Source of the DNA: Verrucomicrobiota bacterium
GTDB lineage: Bacteria; Verrucomicrobiota; Verrucomicrobiia; Verrucomicrobiales; DEV007
DNA: 53,389 bases
NCBI GenBank assembly: GCA_045046875.1
Contig: JASFYY010000129.1
Coordinates: 1 to 53,389, forward strand
Direction of reading: 5' to 3'
In this document: positions 31,961-41,207 of the stretch, piece after piece
How the letters are laid out: each line of letters begins with the position of its first letter
How positions within the stretch are numbered: position 1 is the stretch's first letter
The notes under the pieces: model-generated
Seen by the model: only the letters and a program-made list of their open reading frames with translations
The model's database searches: none
Told to the model about the DNA's origin: nothing
Made by a program: the position numbers and the translations under genes

Positions 31961-32202
31961 AAGGCTTGACGGTTCAGGAGCGACGAGTTCTGATCGCTAT
32001 TTTATTGGCATTGGCGATTGGGGCAGCGGTGAGGTATTGGCGGCTGCAGGGGGGAGGAGAGAGAATGTCCAATGTTGAACAAGAAATATTGAATGTTGAA
32101 GTGAAGAGAGGGACGGGAGTTTCATTATTTCATCATTCTTCACTTTTTGTTCAATATCCAATATTCCCTAGATTCTGGTTGTCATCACGGGGGAGATGGT
32201 GA
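31957..32202 (+). CDS. Small single-TM protein whose 3' half runs through a heptamer repeat element
   Basis: GTGA overlap with the upstream stop; LTVQERRVLIAILLALAIGAAVRYWR TM segment. Confidence 0.55.
   Translation: MKGLTVQERRVLIAILLALAIGAAVRYWRLQGGGERMSNVEQEILNVEVKRGTGVSLFHHSSLFVQYPIFPRFWLSSRGRW
32063..32166. repeat. Heptamer-periodic imperfect inverted repeat
   Basis: aatgtcc-aatgttg-aacaaga-aatattg-aatgttg is mirrored by ttgttcaatatccaatattc. Confidence 0.75.
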
Positions 32203-32230
32203 AGTCTCTTTTTTTAATATCGATTGAGCT

Positions 32231-32989
32231 ATGGAAAAACGTTTTGAAAATCAGGTGGCGATTGTGACGGGGGGTGCCGACGGGATCGGTAAATCGGTGG
32301 TGGAGCGCTTGGCGAGAGAGGGAGCCAAGGTGACCATTTTTGATATGAACGAGGCCCTTGGCGAGCAGGTGTGTGCGGAGTTCGGAGAGCAGGGATTGAT
32401 CGTGAGTTCGCAGGTGGTGAATGTGGCCGATGAAGACTCGGTGAAGGCGGGCATTGCTGCAGTGACTGGAGGCGGTGAGGGGCGTTTGGATGTGATGGTG
32501 CATTGTGCGGGCATTGTGGGACCGACTTCGACTAAGATCAGCGAGGTGGATGTGGCGGCTTTTGACAAGGTCTGCGCGATCAATTTGACAGGTTCGTTTT
32601 TGATCACTAAATATGCGATCGAGGCGATGGAGCCGCGTGATTATGGTCGCATTTTGTTATTTGCGTCGATTGCTGGGAAAGAGGGCAATGCGGGAATGGT
32701 TTCTTATTCGGCGAGCAAAGCCGGAGTGATTGGTTTGACTAAGGCGGTGGGCAAGGAATACGCTGAAACGGGGATCACGGTGAATGCGATTGCCCCGGCG
32801 GTGATTCGCACGCCGATGGTGGATGGCATCGACCCGGAGCAGGTGAAATACATGACGGATAAAATCCCGATGAAACGCTGTGGCACTTTGGATGAAGTGG
32901 CGGCTTTGACCTGTTGGATCGTATCAGAGGAAGCAGGGTTTAATACGGCGTTCACTTTTGACCTGACCGGTGGGCGGGCGGTGTATTAG
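32231..32989 (+). CDS. Short-chain dehydrogenase/reductase (LRA5-like)
   Basis: TGGADGIG, SIAGKEGN, YSASK; C-terminal FDLTGGRAVY. Confidence 0.9.
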   Translation: MEKRFENQVAIVTGGADGIGKSVVERLAREGAKVTIFDMNEALGEQVCAEFGEQGLIVSSQVVNVADEDSVKAGIAAVTGGGEGRLDVMVHCAGIVGPTSTKISEVDVAAFDKVCAINLTGSFLITKYAIEAMEPRDYGRILLFASIAGKEGNAGMVSYSASKAGVIGLTKAVGKEYAETGITVNAIAPAVIRTPMVDGIDPEQVKYMTDKIPMKRCGTLDEVAALTCWIVSEEAGFNTAFTFDLTGGRAVY

Positions 32990-33008
32990 ATGGGTGGCGG
33001 AATTTGAA

Positions 33009-33043
33009 AAATGTTAAATGCTAAATCTTAATTGTTAAATGTA
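33009..33043. repeat. Short heptamer tandem repeat
   Basis: aaatgtt-aaatgct-aaatctt-aattgtt-aaatgta just before the RidA start. Confidence 0.65.
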
Positions 33044-33045
33044 TC

Positions 33046-33510
33046 ATGAGTGCTGAAGCTAAAGTTGTTGAGTTGGGATTGGAATTGCCACCGCCGCCGC
33101 CTTTGGGTGGGGTTTACAAGCCTCTTGTGGTGGTGGGGAATTTGGCTTATTTGTCCGGGCATGGGCCGATTTTAAGCGATGGCACTTACCTGAAGGGGCG
33201 GGTGGGGGAGGACATGGATCTGGAGGCGGGGCAGCAAGCGGCGCGTCAAGTGGGCTTGGCTTTGCTGGCAACGATCAAAGCACAACTGGGCAGCCTTGAC
33301 CGGGTGAAGCGGGTGATCAAATCTTTGGCTCTGGTCAATTGCACCAATGATTTTGACCAGCAACCGCAGGTGGTCAATGGTTATAGCGAGTTGTTTGGCG
33401 AGGTTTTTGGTGAGAATGGCATTGGCGCGCGCAGTGCGATGGCGGCCAATGTATTGCCGGGAGGTATTCCGGTGGAGATCGAAGTGATTTTGGAAATCGA
33501 AGGAGAGTAG
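33046..33510 (+). CDS. RidA/YjgF family protein
   Basis: GNLAYLSGHGP, VVNGYS.LF.EVFG, GARSA and PVEIE motifs. Confidence 0.9.
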   Translation: MSAEAKVVELGLELPPPPPLGGVYKPLVVVGNLAYLSGHGPILSDGTYLKGRVGEDMDLEAGQQAARQVGLALLATIKAQLGSLDRVKRVIKSLALVNCTNDFDQQPQVVNGYSELFGEVFGENGIGARSAMAANVLPGGIPVEIEVILEIEGE

Positions 33511-33550
33511 TCTTTCGTGACCAGGCGAGAATTTTTTCTTATAAAATAAG

Positions 33551-34693
33551 ATGAGTGAAGATCAATGGTATGCGGTTGGTGATACGGAGCACCTGGCTTC
33601 GCCAGCTTTGTTATTGTGGCCTGAACGCGCGCAGCGCAATATTCAGCGGATGCTGGAATTGACCGGCGGTGATGCCAGTCGTTTGCGTCCGCATGTGAAG
33701 ACTCACAAGTTGGGTGAGGTGTGTCAGATGCAAATGGCGGCGGGCATCAGCAAGTTCAAATGCGCGACGATTGCCGAGGCGGAAATGACGGCGGAAGCCG
33801 GAGCAGCGGAGGTGCTGTTGGCTTATCAGCCGGTGGGGCCTAATGCGGCACGGATGTTGGCTTTGGTGGAGAAGTTTCCGCAGACGAAGTTTGCGGCATT
33901 GGTGGATGATGAAGGGGTTTTAAAAAAGGTGGCGCAGGTTTTTTCTGCTGCAGGAAAAAGTCTGACTTTGTTTCTGGATGTTGATTGTGGCATGCACCGC
34001 ACCGGGATTGAGATGGGGGAGGCAGCGGTTGCGTTGTGCCGTCAGGTGGTGGACACGGAGGGGGTGGATTTTGGAGGCCTGCATGTTTATGACGGGCATA
34101 TCCACGATCCTGATCAGAATGAGCGCAAGGCGCACTATGAGAAGTCTTACGAGCCGCTGGCGGATTTTATTGCCCAGCTGAGAGCTGCGGGGGTTGAGCT
34201 GTCTTTGATCGTGGCGGGGGGCTCGCCGACTTTTGCCCTGCATGCTTCGGATGCTGAAAAGGTGACCGGTGCTCGTTGGGAGTGCAGTCCGGGAACGACG
34301 GTTTTTTGGGATGCGGGTTACGGCACTAATTTTCCGGATCTCGGATTTGAGCCGGCGGTGGTTTTGATGATGCGGGTGATCAGCAAACCGGGCAGTGGTT
34401 TTGTTTGTCTGGATCTGGGCAATAAAGCGGTGGCACCGGAGAACCCTTTGGACAAGCGGGTGAAGTTATTCGGTCCTTTGGCGGACGGGGTTTTGATGGG
34501 GCAGAGTGAGGAACATCTGGTGGTGAAGACGGATCGAGCGGCTGATTTTTCCGTTGGCGATGTGGTTTACGGTTTGCCTTGGCACATCTGCCCTACGGTG
34601 GCGCTGCACATGGAAGCGGTGTTGATCCGTGACGGGGAGGCCAGCGGTGAACGTTGGGCGATCAAGTGCCGCAATCGTCGTTTGAGCATTTGA
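33551..34693 (+). CDS. D-TA/DSD1 family PLP enzyme (alanine racemase-like fold III)
   Basis: LRPHVKTHK (PLP Lys), KCATIAEAE, GMHRTG, YDGH, QSEEH, HICPTV. Confidence 0.9.
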   Translation: MSEDQWYAVGDTEHLASPALLLWPERAQRNIQRMLELTGGDASRLRPHVKTHKLGEVCQMQMAAGISKFKCATIAEAEMTAEAGAAEVLLAYQPVGPNAARMLALVEKFPQTKFAALVDDEGVLKKVAQVFSAAGKSLTLFLDVDCGMHRTGIEMGEAAVALCRQVVDTEGVDFGGLHVYDGHIHDPDQNERKAHYEKSYEPLADFIAQLRAAGVELSLIVAGGSPTFALHASDAEKVTGARWECSPGTTVFWDAGYGTNFPDLGFEPAVVLMMRVISKPGSGFVCLDLGNKAVAPENPLDKRVKLFGPLADGVLMGQSEEHLVVKTDRAADFSVGDVVYGLPWHICPTVALHMEAVLIRDGEASGERWAIKCRNRRLSI

Positions 34694-34768
34694 TGCTTGG
34701 ATTTGAACAAAAAACCGTTACAAGCAACGAACAGACATTCTGTATAATTTCCGATAACCCCCGATATA

Positions 34769-35833
34769 ATGATATTTGATGCTCACCTGGACTTGAGTTT
34801 GAACGCGATTGAGTTCAATCGCGACCTGCGCTGCACGGTAGAAGAGATTCGGGCGGAGGAACAGGGCATGACGGGCAAGGGGCGAGCCGCCGGGGTGGTG
34901 GCGTTTCCTGAAATGCGCGAAGCAGGCATGGGGATTGTGGTGGCGACGCAGATCGCCGGCTGCATGAAACCTGGCATGGTGGCTTCGGGTTGGAATTCTC
35001 CGCAACAGGCTTGGGCGATGACTCAGGCTCAGCTGGCCTGGTATAAGGAGATGGAGGATGTGGGTGAAATGAGGATGCTGCGTGATTTGGCGGCTTTCGA
35101 AGGTCAACTCGCTTTGTGGTCACAGGACGAGGTGCCGGCCGATGCGCCGATAGGATATATTTTGAGTTTGGAGGGTGCGGATTCGATTATTACACCACAA
35201 CATCTGGAGCGTTCTTGGGAATCGGGTTTGCGGGCGATGGGACCGGCGCATTATGGCGAAGGGCGTTATGCTTTTGGTCATGACCGTACAGGTAAGCTGA
35301 AGCCGGGCGGAGTGGAGTTGGTCAAAGAGATGGATCGTTTGGGAATGATCCTCGATGCGACTCATCTCTGTGATGATACCTTTTGGCAGTGTTTGGATAT
35401 TTTTGATGGTCCAGTGTGGGCGAGCCATTCGAATTGCCGGGCTTTGGTGAATGACCCACGGCAGTTTTCCGATGAGCAGATCAAGGCGCTGATTGAACGT
35501 GGCGCGGTGATCGGTACGGTGTTCGATACCTGGATGTTGGTGACCGGTTGGATTCGTGGGGAGAGCACACCGGAATCAGCGGGGGTGAAAATCGAAGCGG
35601 CGGTGGAGCACATTGATCACATTTGCCAGTTGGCAGGCAATGCCAGACATTGCGGTCTGGGATCGGATTTGGACGGAGGTTTTGGCAAGGAGCAGTGCCC
35701 GATGGATTTGGATACGATTGCGGATTTGACGGTTCTGGCGGAGATGTTAAGCGATCGAGGTTTCAGTGAGGATGATGTGGACGGGGTGATGAGTGGGAAT
35801 TTTGTTAAATTTGTCAAGGAGGCTTGGGCTTAA
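34769..35833 (+). CDS. Peptidase M19 (membrane dipeptidase family) amidohydrolase
   Basis: DAHLD, SLEGAD, DATHL, ASHSN, GSDLDGG motifs. Confidence 0.9.
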   Translation: MIFDAHLDLSLNAIEFNRDLRCTVEEIRAEEQGMTGKGRAAGVVAFPEMREAGMGIVVATQIAGCMKPGMVASGWNSPQQAWAMTQAQLAWYKEMEDVGEMRMLRDLAAFEGQLALWSQDEVPADAPIGYILSLEGADSIITPQHLERSWESGLRAMGPAHYGEGRYAFGHDRTGKLKPGGVELVKEMDRLGMILDATHLCDDTFWQCLDIFDGPVWASHSNCRALVNDPRQFSDEQIKALIERGAVIGTVFDTWMLVTGWIRGESTPESAGVKIEAAVEHIDHICQLAGNARHCGLGSDLDGGFGKEQCPMDLDTIADLTVLAEMLSDRGFSEDDVDGVMSGNFVKFVKEAWA

Positions 35834-36153
35834 TGAACGAAGACTGGAGAGTGCCGAGCGAGGAGGAGGATCCACTGTTGCGTAGTTCGCGACGGGAGAT
35901 GAAGGTGGCTTTGGTATTTTGGCTGGTATTTGCGCTGTGGGTGATAGGATCGGGTAAGTGGTTGGCTTATCAAAAACCGGCGGAGGGTGAGGCGATGAAT
36001 TTGATTATGGGAATGCCGAGCTGGGTGTTCTGGGTGGTGATGTTGCCTTGGGCGGTGGCCAGCCTTTTCACCTTCTGGTTTGCGCTGCGTTTTATGAAAG
36101 ATCATGATCTGTTGGGTGAAGAGGGTGATAAAATCGAAGGGGGGGAAGAGTAG
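35833..36153 (+). CDS. DUF997 (YhdT-like) small membrane partner of the SSS transporter
   Basis: SRRE..AL..W and GMPSWVFW motifs; two TM helices; TAATG overlap with the upstream gene. Confidence 0.8.
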   Translation: MNEDWRVPSEEEDPLLRSSRREMKVALVFWLVFALWVIGSGKWLAYQKPAEGEAMNLIMGMPSWVFWVVMLPWAVASLFTFWFALRFMKDHDLLGEEGDKIEGGEE

Positions 36154-36155
36154 TC

Positions 36156-38060
36156 ATGGATGAAACTTCAGGTAGTGCGGGTATTTTGTGGACCTTTTCC
36201 GCGTATATGGCGGCTGTTTTTTTTCTGGCCTGGCTGTCGGGCAGAGCATCGAATAAGGAGGGTTTTGTTTCCGAGTATTTTCTCGGTAGCCGTGGTTTCG
36301 GAGTGTGGGCTTTGGCGCTGACCTTTGCTGCGACCAGTGCTTCGGGTGGTAGTTTCATGGGTTTTCCGGCGCGGATCTATACCCATGGTTGGGTGGTGGG
36401 CTTTTGGATTGCCGGTTACATGACGGTGCCGCTGGTGGCGATGGCTTTGATCGGCAAGCGGCTGAACCAAGTGGCGCGGCGGGCGAACGCCTTGACGGTG
36501 CCGGAGGTGATGCGCGAGCGATTTAATAATAAAGGGGTTGGCATCGTCGGCACCTTGTTGATTGTGATTTTTCTCTTTGCGTATCTGTTGGCGCAGTTCA
36601 AAGCGGGCAGTAAAATCATGAGCACTTTGTTGGGGGATGTGCCGGTTTTCAAAGCTGCGGTTCGTTGGGCGGATGGGGCTTTTGACGGTATTCCGTTGTT
36701 GGGACAGGCGGAGGCGGACTATGCTTTGTGTTTGTTGATTTTTGGCATCGCGGTGGTGGCTTATGTTTCCTACGGAGGTTTTCGAGCGGTGGTGTGGACG
36801 GATGTGATGCAGGGCATCGTCATGGCTTTTGGAGTTTTGCTGCTCTTGGTGCTGGCTTTGTATCAGGTGGGGGGCTTGAAAAAAGCGACCCAGGCTTTGG
36901 CGGAAATGACTCCTCCGGTGCCTTTGACCGCAGTGCTGGAGGTTCAGGCGGAATCGAACGAGAGTTTGAATATTGAAAAAGGAACCTGGATCGAGCAGAA
37001 AACGGCAGAAGGGGAAAAGATCCTTTATCGGATGAAAGGCCGCGCGGTGATCGAGGCGGGGGAAAAGGAGAGCAAGCAGGTGGAGCTGATCCGGATCACG
37101 ACGGCAGCGGAGATTGAGAGAATCGAAGGGGCGCCGGTTTCGGGAAAGGTGAAGGTCAGAGAGATCGAAAGCACCCCTTATGCCAGTGGAGCTAATGAAA
37201 AGGGAGTGTATTTGCGTGCCCCCGGGCCGGACTTGAAAAAGGCGGCGGGATTTTTGGCGATTGGCATGGCTTTCAGTTTTTTCATTCTGTGGCCTTTTGG
37301 AGGAGTGGGTCAGCCGAGTAATCAGGTCAGGATGATGATTTTTGATCATACCAAGGTGCTGCGCCGCGCGATGGTGACGGTGACTTTCTATTTTGGTTTC
37401 ATCTATGTTTCTTTGGTTTTGATCTTTGTCTGTGCCCGGGTGTTGATGCCGGGTATGGAGATCGATCCCGACCGGGTGATGCCGGAGTTTTCCACATTCA
37501 CCACAGCGGCCGCTGGGGTGCCGTGGTTGGCAGGTTTGGTGGTGGCGGCACCGTTTGCCGCGGTGATGTCCAGTGTGGACAGTTTTTTGCTGGTGATTTC
37601 TTCGTCGATTGTGCGGGATATATATCAGCGTAATATCAATCCAGAGGCATCGGATAAAACCCTGCAGCGGATGAGTTGGGCGGTGACTGGTGGGGTTGGG
37701 ATGCTGGCGGTGGTGGCGGCTTTAAATCCTCCGGTTTATCTGCAGGATTTGATTATTTCTGCCAGTGAAGGTTTGGCGGCGAGTTTCATGATGCCGATGA
37801 TTCTGGCATTGTATTGGCAACGGATGACCGGAGCGGGAGCGATTGCGGGTATGCTCGGCGGAGCCGGTATGCATGTGGTGTTGAATGTCATTGGATGGAT
37901 GGAGACCCATGAGTTCACCGTTTTTGAACCGCTGGGAGTGATGCCTTTGTTTTGGGATGTGATCGCGGCAACGGTATTGACTGTGGGGGTTTCGCTGATG
38001 TGCGCTCCGCCAAAACGTGCACTGGTGGCGAAATTTTTTGCCAAGAGAGAGGCTGCTTAG
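36156..38060 (+). CDS. Sodium:solute symporter (PanF-like) with a soluble insertion
   Basis: EYFLGSR, SGGSFMGFP, YGGFRAVVWTDVMQG and AAVMSSVDS motifs. Confidence 0.92.
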   Translation: MDETSGSAGILWTFSAYMAAVFFLAWLSGRASNKEGFVSEYFLGSRGFGVWALALTFAATSASGGSFMGFPARIYTHGWVVGFWIAGYMTVPLVAMALIGKRLNQVARRANALTVPEVMRERFNNKGVGIVGTLLIVIFLFAYLLAQFKAGSKIMSTLLGDVPVFKAAVRWADGAFDGIPLLGQAEADYALCLLIFGIAVVAYVSYGGFRAVVWTDVMQGIVMAFGVLLLLVLALYQVGGLKKATQALAEMTPPVPLTAVLEVQAESNESLNIEKGTWIEQKTAEGEKILYRMKGRAVIEAGEKESKQVELIRITTAAEIERIEGAPVSGKVKVREIESTPYASGANEKGVYLRAPGPDLKKAAGFLAIGMAFSFFILWPFGGVGQPSNQVRMMIFDHTKVLRRAMVTVTFYFGFIYVSLVLIFVCARVLMPGMEIDPDRVMPEFSTFTTAAAGVPWLAGLVVAAPFAAVMSSVDSFLLVISSSIVRDIYQRNINPEASDKTLQRMSWAVTGGVGMLAVVAALNPPVYLQDLIISASEGLAASFMMPMILALYWQRMTGAGAIAGMLGGAGMHVVLNVIGWMETHEFTVFEPLGVMPLFWDVIAATVLTVGVSLMCAPPKRALVAKFFAKREAA

Positions 38061-38082
38061 TTGATTCGGTGAGTTGGTTCTG

Positions 38083-39537
38083 ATGAAAAAAATACCGTTT
38101 TCGGATCAAACTGAAAAGTCGGAATACGATGCGGTGGTGGTGGGTTCGGGGCCGAATGGTCTGGCGGCAGCGATTGAGTTGGCACGTCAGGATTGGAAAG
38201 TATTGGTGGTCGAGGCGCATTCGACGCCGGGTGGGGGAGCTCGATCCGATGAGGGAACGCTGCCGGGTTTTGTCCATGATGTGTGTGCAGCGGTGCATCC
38301 GATGGGAGTGTGTTCGCCGTTGATGAAGTCCTTGCCTCTGGAGAAGTTTGGTTTGCAATGGCTGCATTCAAAATACCCTCTGGCGCATCCGCTGGATGAT
38401 GGGCAGGCCGCGATCATGGAGCGTTCGGTGGACCTGACTGCGGCTCGTTTGGCTAAGGCGGATGGTCGGGCTTATCGCAGGTTGTATGACCCTTTGGTTC
38501 GCGCTGCGGATAACTTGTTCGAGGATATGCTGGGGCCGATGTTAAATCTGCCGAAAAACATATTGCCGGTAGCGCAGTTCGGGATGCGGGCCTTGCCTTC
38601 GGCGATGAGTCTGGCGCGTTTTGCTTTCACCGATGAACCGGCCCGGGCGATGCTGGCGGGTCACGCGGCTCATTCGGTTTTGCCACTTGATCGTTCGCCT
38701 TCGGCGGCGGTGGGCTTGATGTTGGCGGTGGCGGGGCACGCGCAGGGGTGGCCGGTGGCAAAGGGAGGCACAGGTGAGATCGCCGCAGCTATGGTGAGCT
38801 ATTTACAATCAATGGGTGGCGAAATTCTTTGTGGTTGGAGGGTGAAGTCGATTGATGATTTGCCTAAAGCGCGGGCTTATTTGTTCGATACCGGTCCGGC
38901 TGAATTGGGGAGGATTGCGGGACGGCGATTGCCGGAAGCTTATCGCAAGAAGCTGGATTCTTATCGTTATGGACCGGGGGTTTTTAAAATTGACTACGCC
39001 CTGAGTGAAGCGATTCCGTGGAGCAATGAAGATTGTCGTCAGGCAGCGACGGTTCATGTGGGAGGGTGGCTTGACGAGGTGGTGGAATCGGAAAAAGCGT
39101 GTTGGCAGGGTCGGCATGCGGACAAGCCGTTTGTTTTGCTGGCGCAGGCGAGTGTGGCTGATGATTCCCGGGCGCCCAAGGGAAAACACACGGGCTGGGC
39201 TTATTGCCATGTGCCGAACGGTTCGGATGTGGATATGACGGAAGCGATCGAGAATCAGATCGAACGTTTTGCGCCTGGGTTCCGCGATTGTATTTTGCAG
39301 CGACGGGTGATGTCGTGCGCTGACTATGAAAGTTACAATCCTAATCTGGTTGGCGGAGATGTGACCGGCGGGGTCAATGACTGGCCTCAATTGTTGGCGC
39401 GTCCTGCTTTGCGTTTGAATCCTTATTCCACCCCGGCGAAGGATGTGTTTATTTGTTCGGCTTCCACTCCGCCTGGTGCGGGGGTGCATGGCATGTGCGG
39501 GTATCGTGCGGCCCAGACCGTGTTGAAGGGGGGATGA
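38083..39537 (+). CDS. FAD-dependent oxidoreductase, phytoene-dehydrogenase-like
   Basis: VVVGSGPNGL Rossmann motif, PGGGARS, CSASTPPGAGVHGMCG. Confidence 0.88.
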   Translation: MKKIPFSDQTEKSEYDAVVVGSGPNGLAAAIELARQDWKVLVVEAHSTPGGGARSDEGTLPGFVHDVCAAVHPMGVCSPLMKSLPLEKFGLQWLHSKYPLAHPLDDGQAAIMERSVDLTAARLAKADGRAYRRLYDPLVRAADNLFEDMLGPMLNLPKNILPVAQFGMRALPSAMSLARFAFTDEPARAMLAGHAAHSVLPLDRSPSAAVGLMLAVAGHAQGWPVAKGGTGEIAAAMVSYLQSMGGEILCGWRVKSIDDLPKARAYLFDTGPAELGRIAGRRLPEAYRKKLDSYRYGPGVFKIDYALSEAIPWSNEDCRQAATVHVGGWLDEVVESEKACWQGRHADKPFVLLAQASVADDSRAPKGKHTGWAYCHVPNGSDVDMTEAIENQIERFAPGFRDCILQRRVMSCADYESYNPNLVGGDVTGGVNDWPQLLARPALRLNPYSTPAKDVFICSASTPPGAGVHGMCGYRAAQTVLKGG

Positions 39538-39641
39538 TCAGGAGCGAATGTTATAGGTAAGCGTCATAGCTAAACATTTTTTGGTAACTATTGGCTCCGC
39601 CTATCCGCACTGCGTTTCGGTTCAGGTTATTTTATAAGAGT

Positions 39642-39672
39642 TTAACCACGGATCACACGGATGAACACGGAT
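39642..39672. repeat. CACGGAT-unit element (variant of the CACTGAT family)
   Basis: ttaac-cacggat-ca-cacggat-gaa-cacggat, with the same 2/3-bp spacers as the element at 2560. Confidence 0.8.
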
Positions 39673-39748
39673 AAGAAAAAAACAACTCAAATGAATAACG
39701 ACTCTCATTTCAATTTGAGAACATAATTTTTTTAAAGGGAAGAGTGGG

Positions 39749-41158
39749 TTATTTTCTTTTTTTCCGTTTGGGCGGCAGGTCGTCTTGGCTGAACGGTTTG
39801 CCATAGGATGAGGCCACTTTGTCTAGCCGGGCACGCATCAGTTTTAATATTTCCTGGTAATCAGGGTCTTTGGCGTAGTTTTCGAGTTGATCGGGGTCGC
39901 GACTGAGGTCGTGAAGAAACTCAAAGTTTTGATCGACGTAATTGGCATAAATGTAGCGTTGCCCACGGATGCCTTCCCAGTTGGGAATCGTGCTGTGTTG
40001 GCTGAAAAACTCAAGCAGGGTGTCCTCTCGCCATTCAGTGGGTTGTTCGCCTTGAACTAAGTTTTTGAGACTCCTGCCCTGGTAAATCGTTGGGGCAGCG
40101 AGACCGGCGTAGTCGATGATCGTCGCGGGGATATCAATGTTCAGAGCCATCTCCGAGGCTACTTGGCCGCGGTTGTCGTCTTTCAGGCGCGGATCATAGA
40201 TGATCAGGGGCACCCGCAGGGATTCTTCGTAGTGGGTCCACTTGCCGGCAAAACCGCGGTTACCGGCATAATAACCATTGTCGGCCGAATAGATGATGAC
40301 GGTATTATCGGCGAGGCCGTTTTTTTTCAAAGCGCTTTGTACCCGTCCGATCACTCGGTCGATACCCGAAGCCATGCGCAGGTAGTTGCGCATGTTATGC
40401 TGGTATTTTTCCGGAGTATCCCAGCGCCATTTGAAACGATCACGGTGCATCGAGTTGCGCATGAATTCCGGGTTGGCGGCATAAAACTCGGGAGCATTGA
40501 GTTTGGGCAGGGGCATCTGCATGCCTTGGTACAGATCTGCGACGGCTTTGGGGTAAGGGTAGTGATCTTTTCTGTCGCTGTCTTCGGCGTGACTGGCATT
40601 GAAGTTGATCGAGATGCAGAAGGGTTGTTTTGTGTCTCGTTTTTCGATGAAACCAATGGCTTCGTCACCGGCGAGTTCGGTTTCGTGACGCAGTGAACCG
40701 TCGGGCATTTTTTTAAAATAAGGATTGCGGCCGATTTGTTTGAAGTAGCTGAACATTTTTTCAGGTTGCCCTTTCTCCAGCGAGAAGTGGGTTTTGCCGA
40801 TGTAAGCGAATTGGTAACCGGCATCCTGAAGCAATCGAGGGTAGGAGGTCTCGGTGAATTGTTTTTTTATGGTTCCTCCGGTGAAGCGGTGGCTGCGCAT
40901 ATACAATCCAGTTAGTATAGACGCCCGGCTTACCCAGCAAGTCGAGGTGGTCACAAACATATTTTCGAATCGCGTTCCCTGCGCTGCGAGTTGATCGATG
41001 TTGGGGGTTTTGACCAATGGGTGTCCCGAGCAACCGAGGAAATCAAAACGTTGGTCATCGGTCAGGAAAAAGATGATGTTGGGTCGGTCTGCGGCTAAAC
41101 CTTGTAGCGAAGGTAGGCTGATTAGCAGCAAGAGGAGGAAGATTCTAGAGAGGTTCAT
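39749..41158 (-). CDS. Secreted sulfatase (S1 family)
   Basis: RPNIIFFLTDDQ, TPNID.LA..G, CWVSRASILTG, GKTH, ADNG, GKW..YEES.RVPLI. Confidence 0.92.
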   Translation of the reverse strand: MNLSRIFLLLLLISLPSLQGLAADRPNIIFFLTDDQRFDFLGCSGHPLVKTPNIDQLAAQGTRFENMFVTTSTCWVSRASILTGLYMRSHRFTGGTIKKQFTETSYPRLLQDAGYQFAYIGKTHFSLEKGQPEKMFSYFKQIGRNPYFKKMPDGSLRHETELAGDEAIGFIEKRDTKQPFCISINFNASHAEDSDRKDHYPYPKAVADLYQGMQMPLPKLNAPEFYAANPEFMRNSMHRDRFKWRWDTPEKYQHNMRNYLRMASGIDRVIGRVQSALKKNGLADNTVIIYSADNGYYAGNRGFAGKWTHYEESLRVPLIIYDPRLKDDNRGQVASEMALNIDIPATIIDYAGLAAPTIYQGRSLKNLVQGEQPTEWREDTLLEFFSQHSTIPNWEGIRGQRYIYANYVDQNFEFLHDLSRDPDQLENYAKDPDYQEILKLMRARLDKVASSYGKPFSQDDLPPKRKKRK

Positions 41159-41207
41159 GGGTGGCCTTAGTCTGCTTGGATTTGGGATAGTTGATTTTTT
41201 GAGAGTG

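Noticed and set aside
38083..39537. Carotenoid biosynthesis (crtI)
   Set aside because: No crtB/crtE neighbours; the sequence fits the generic phytoene-dehydrogenase-like group.
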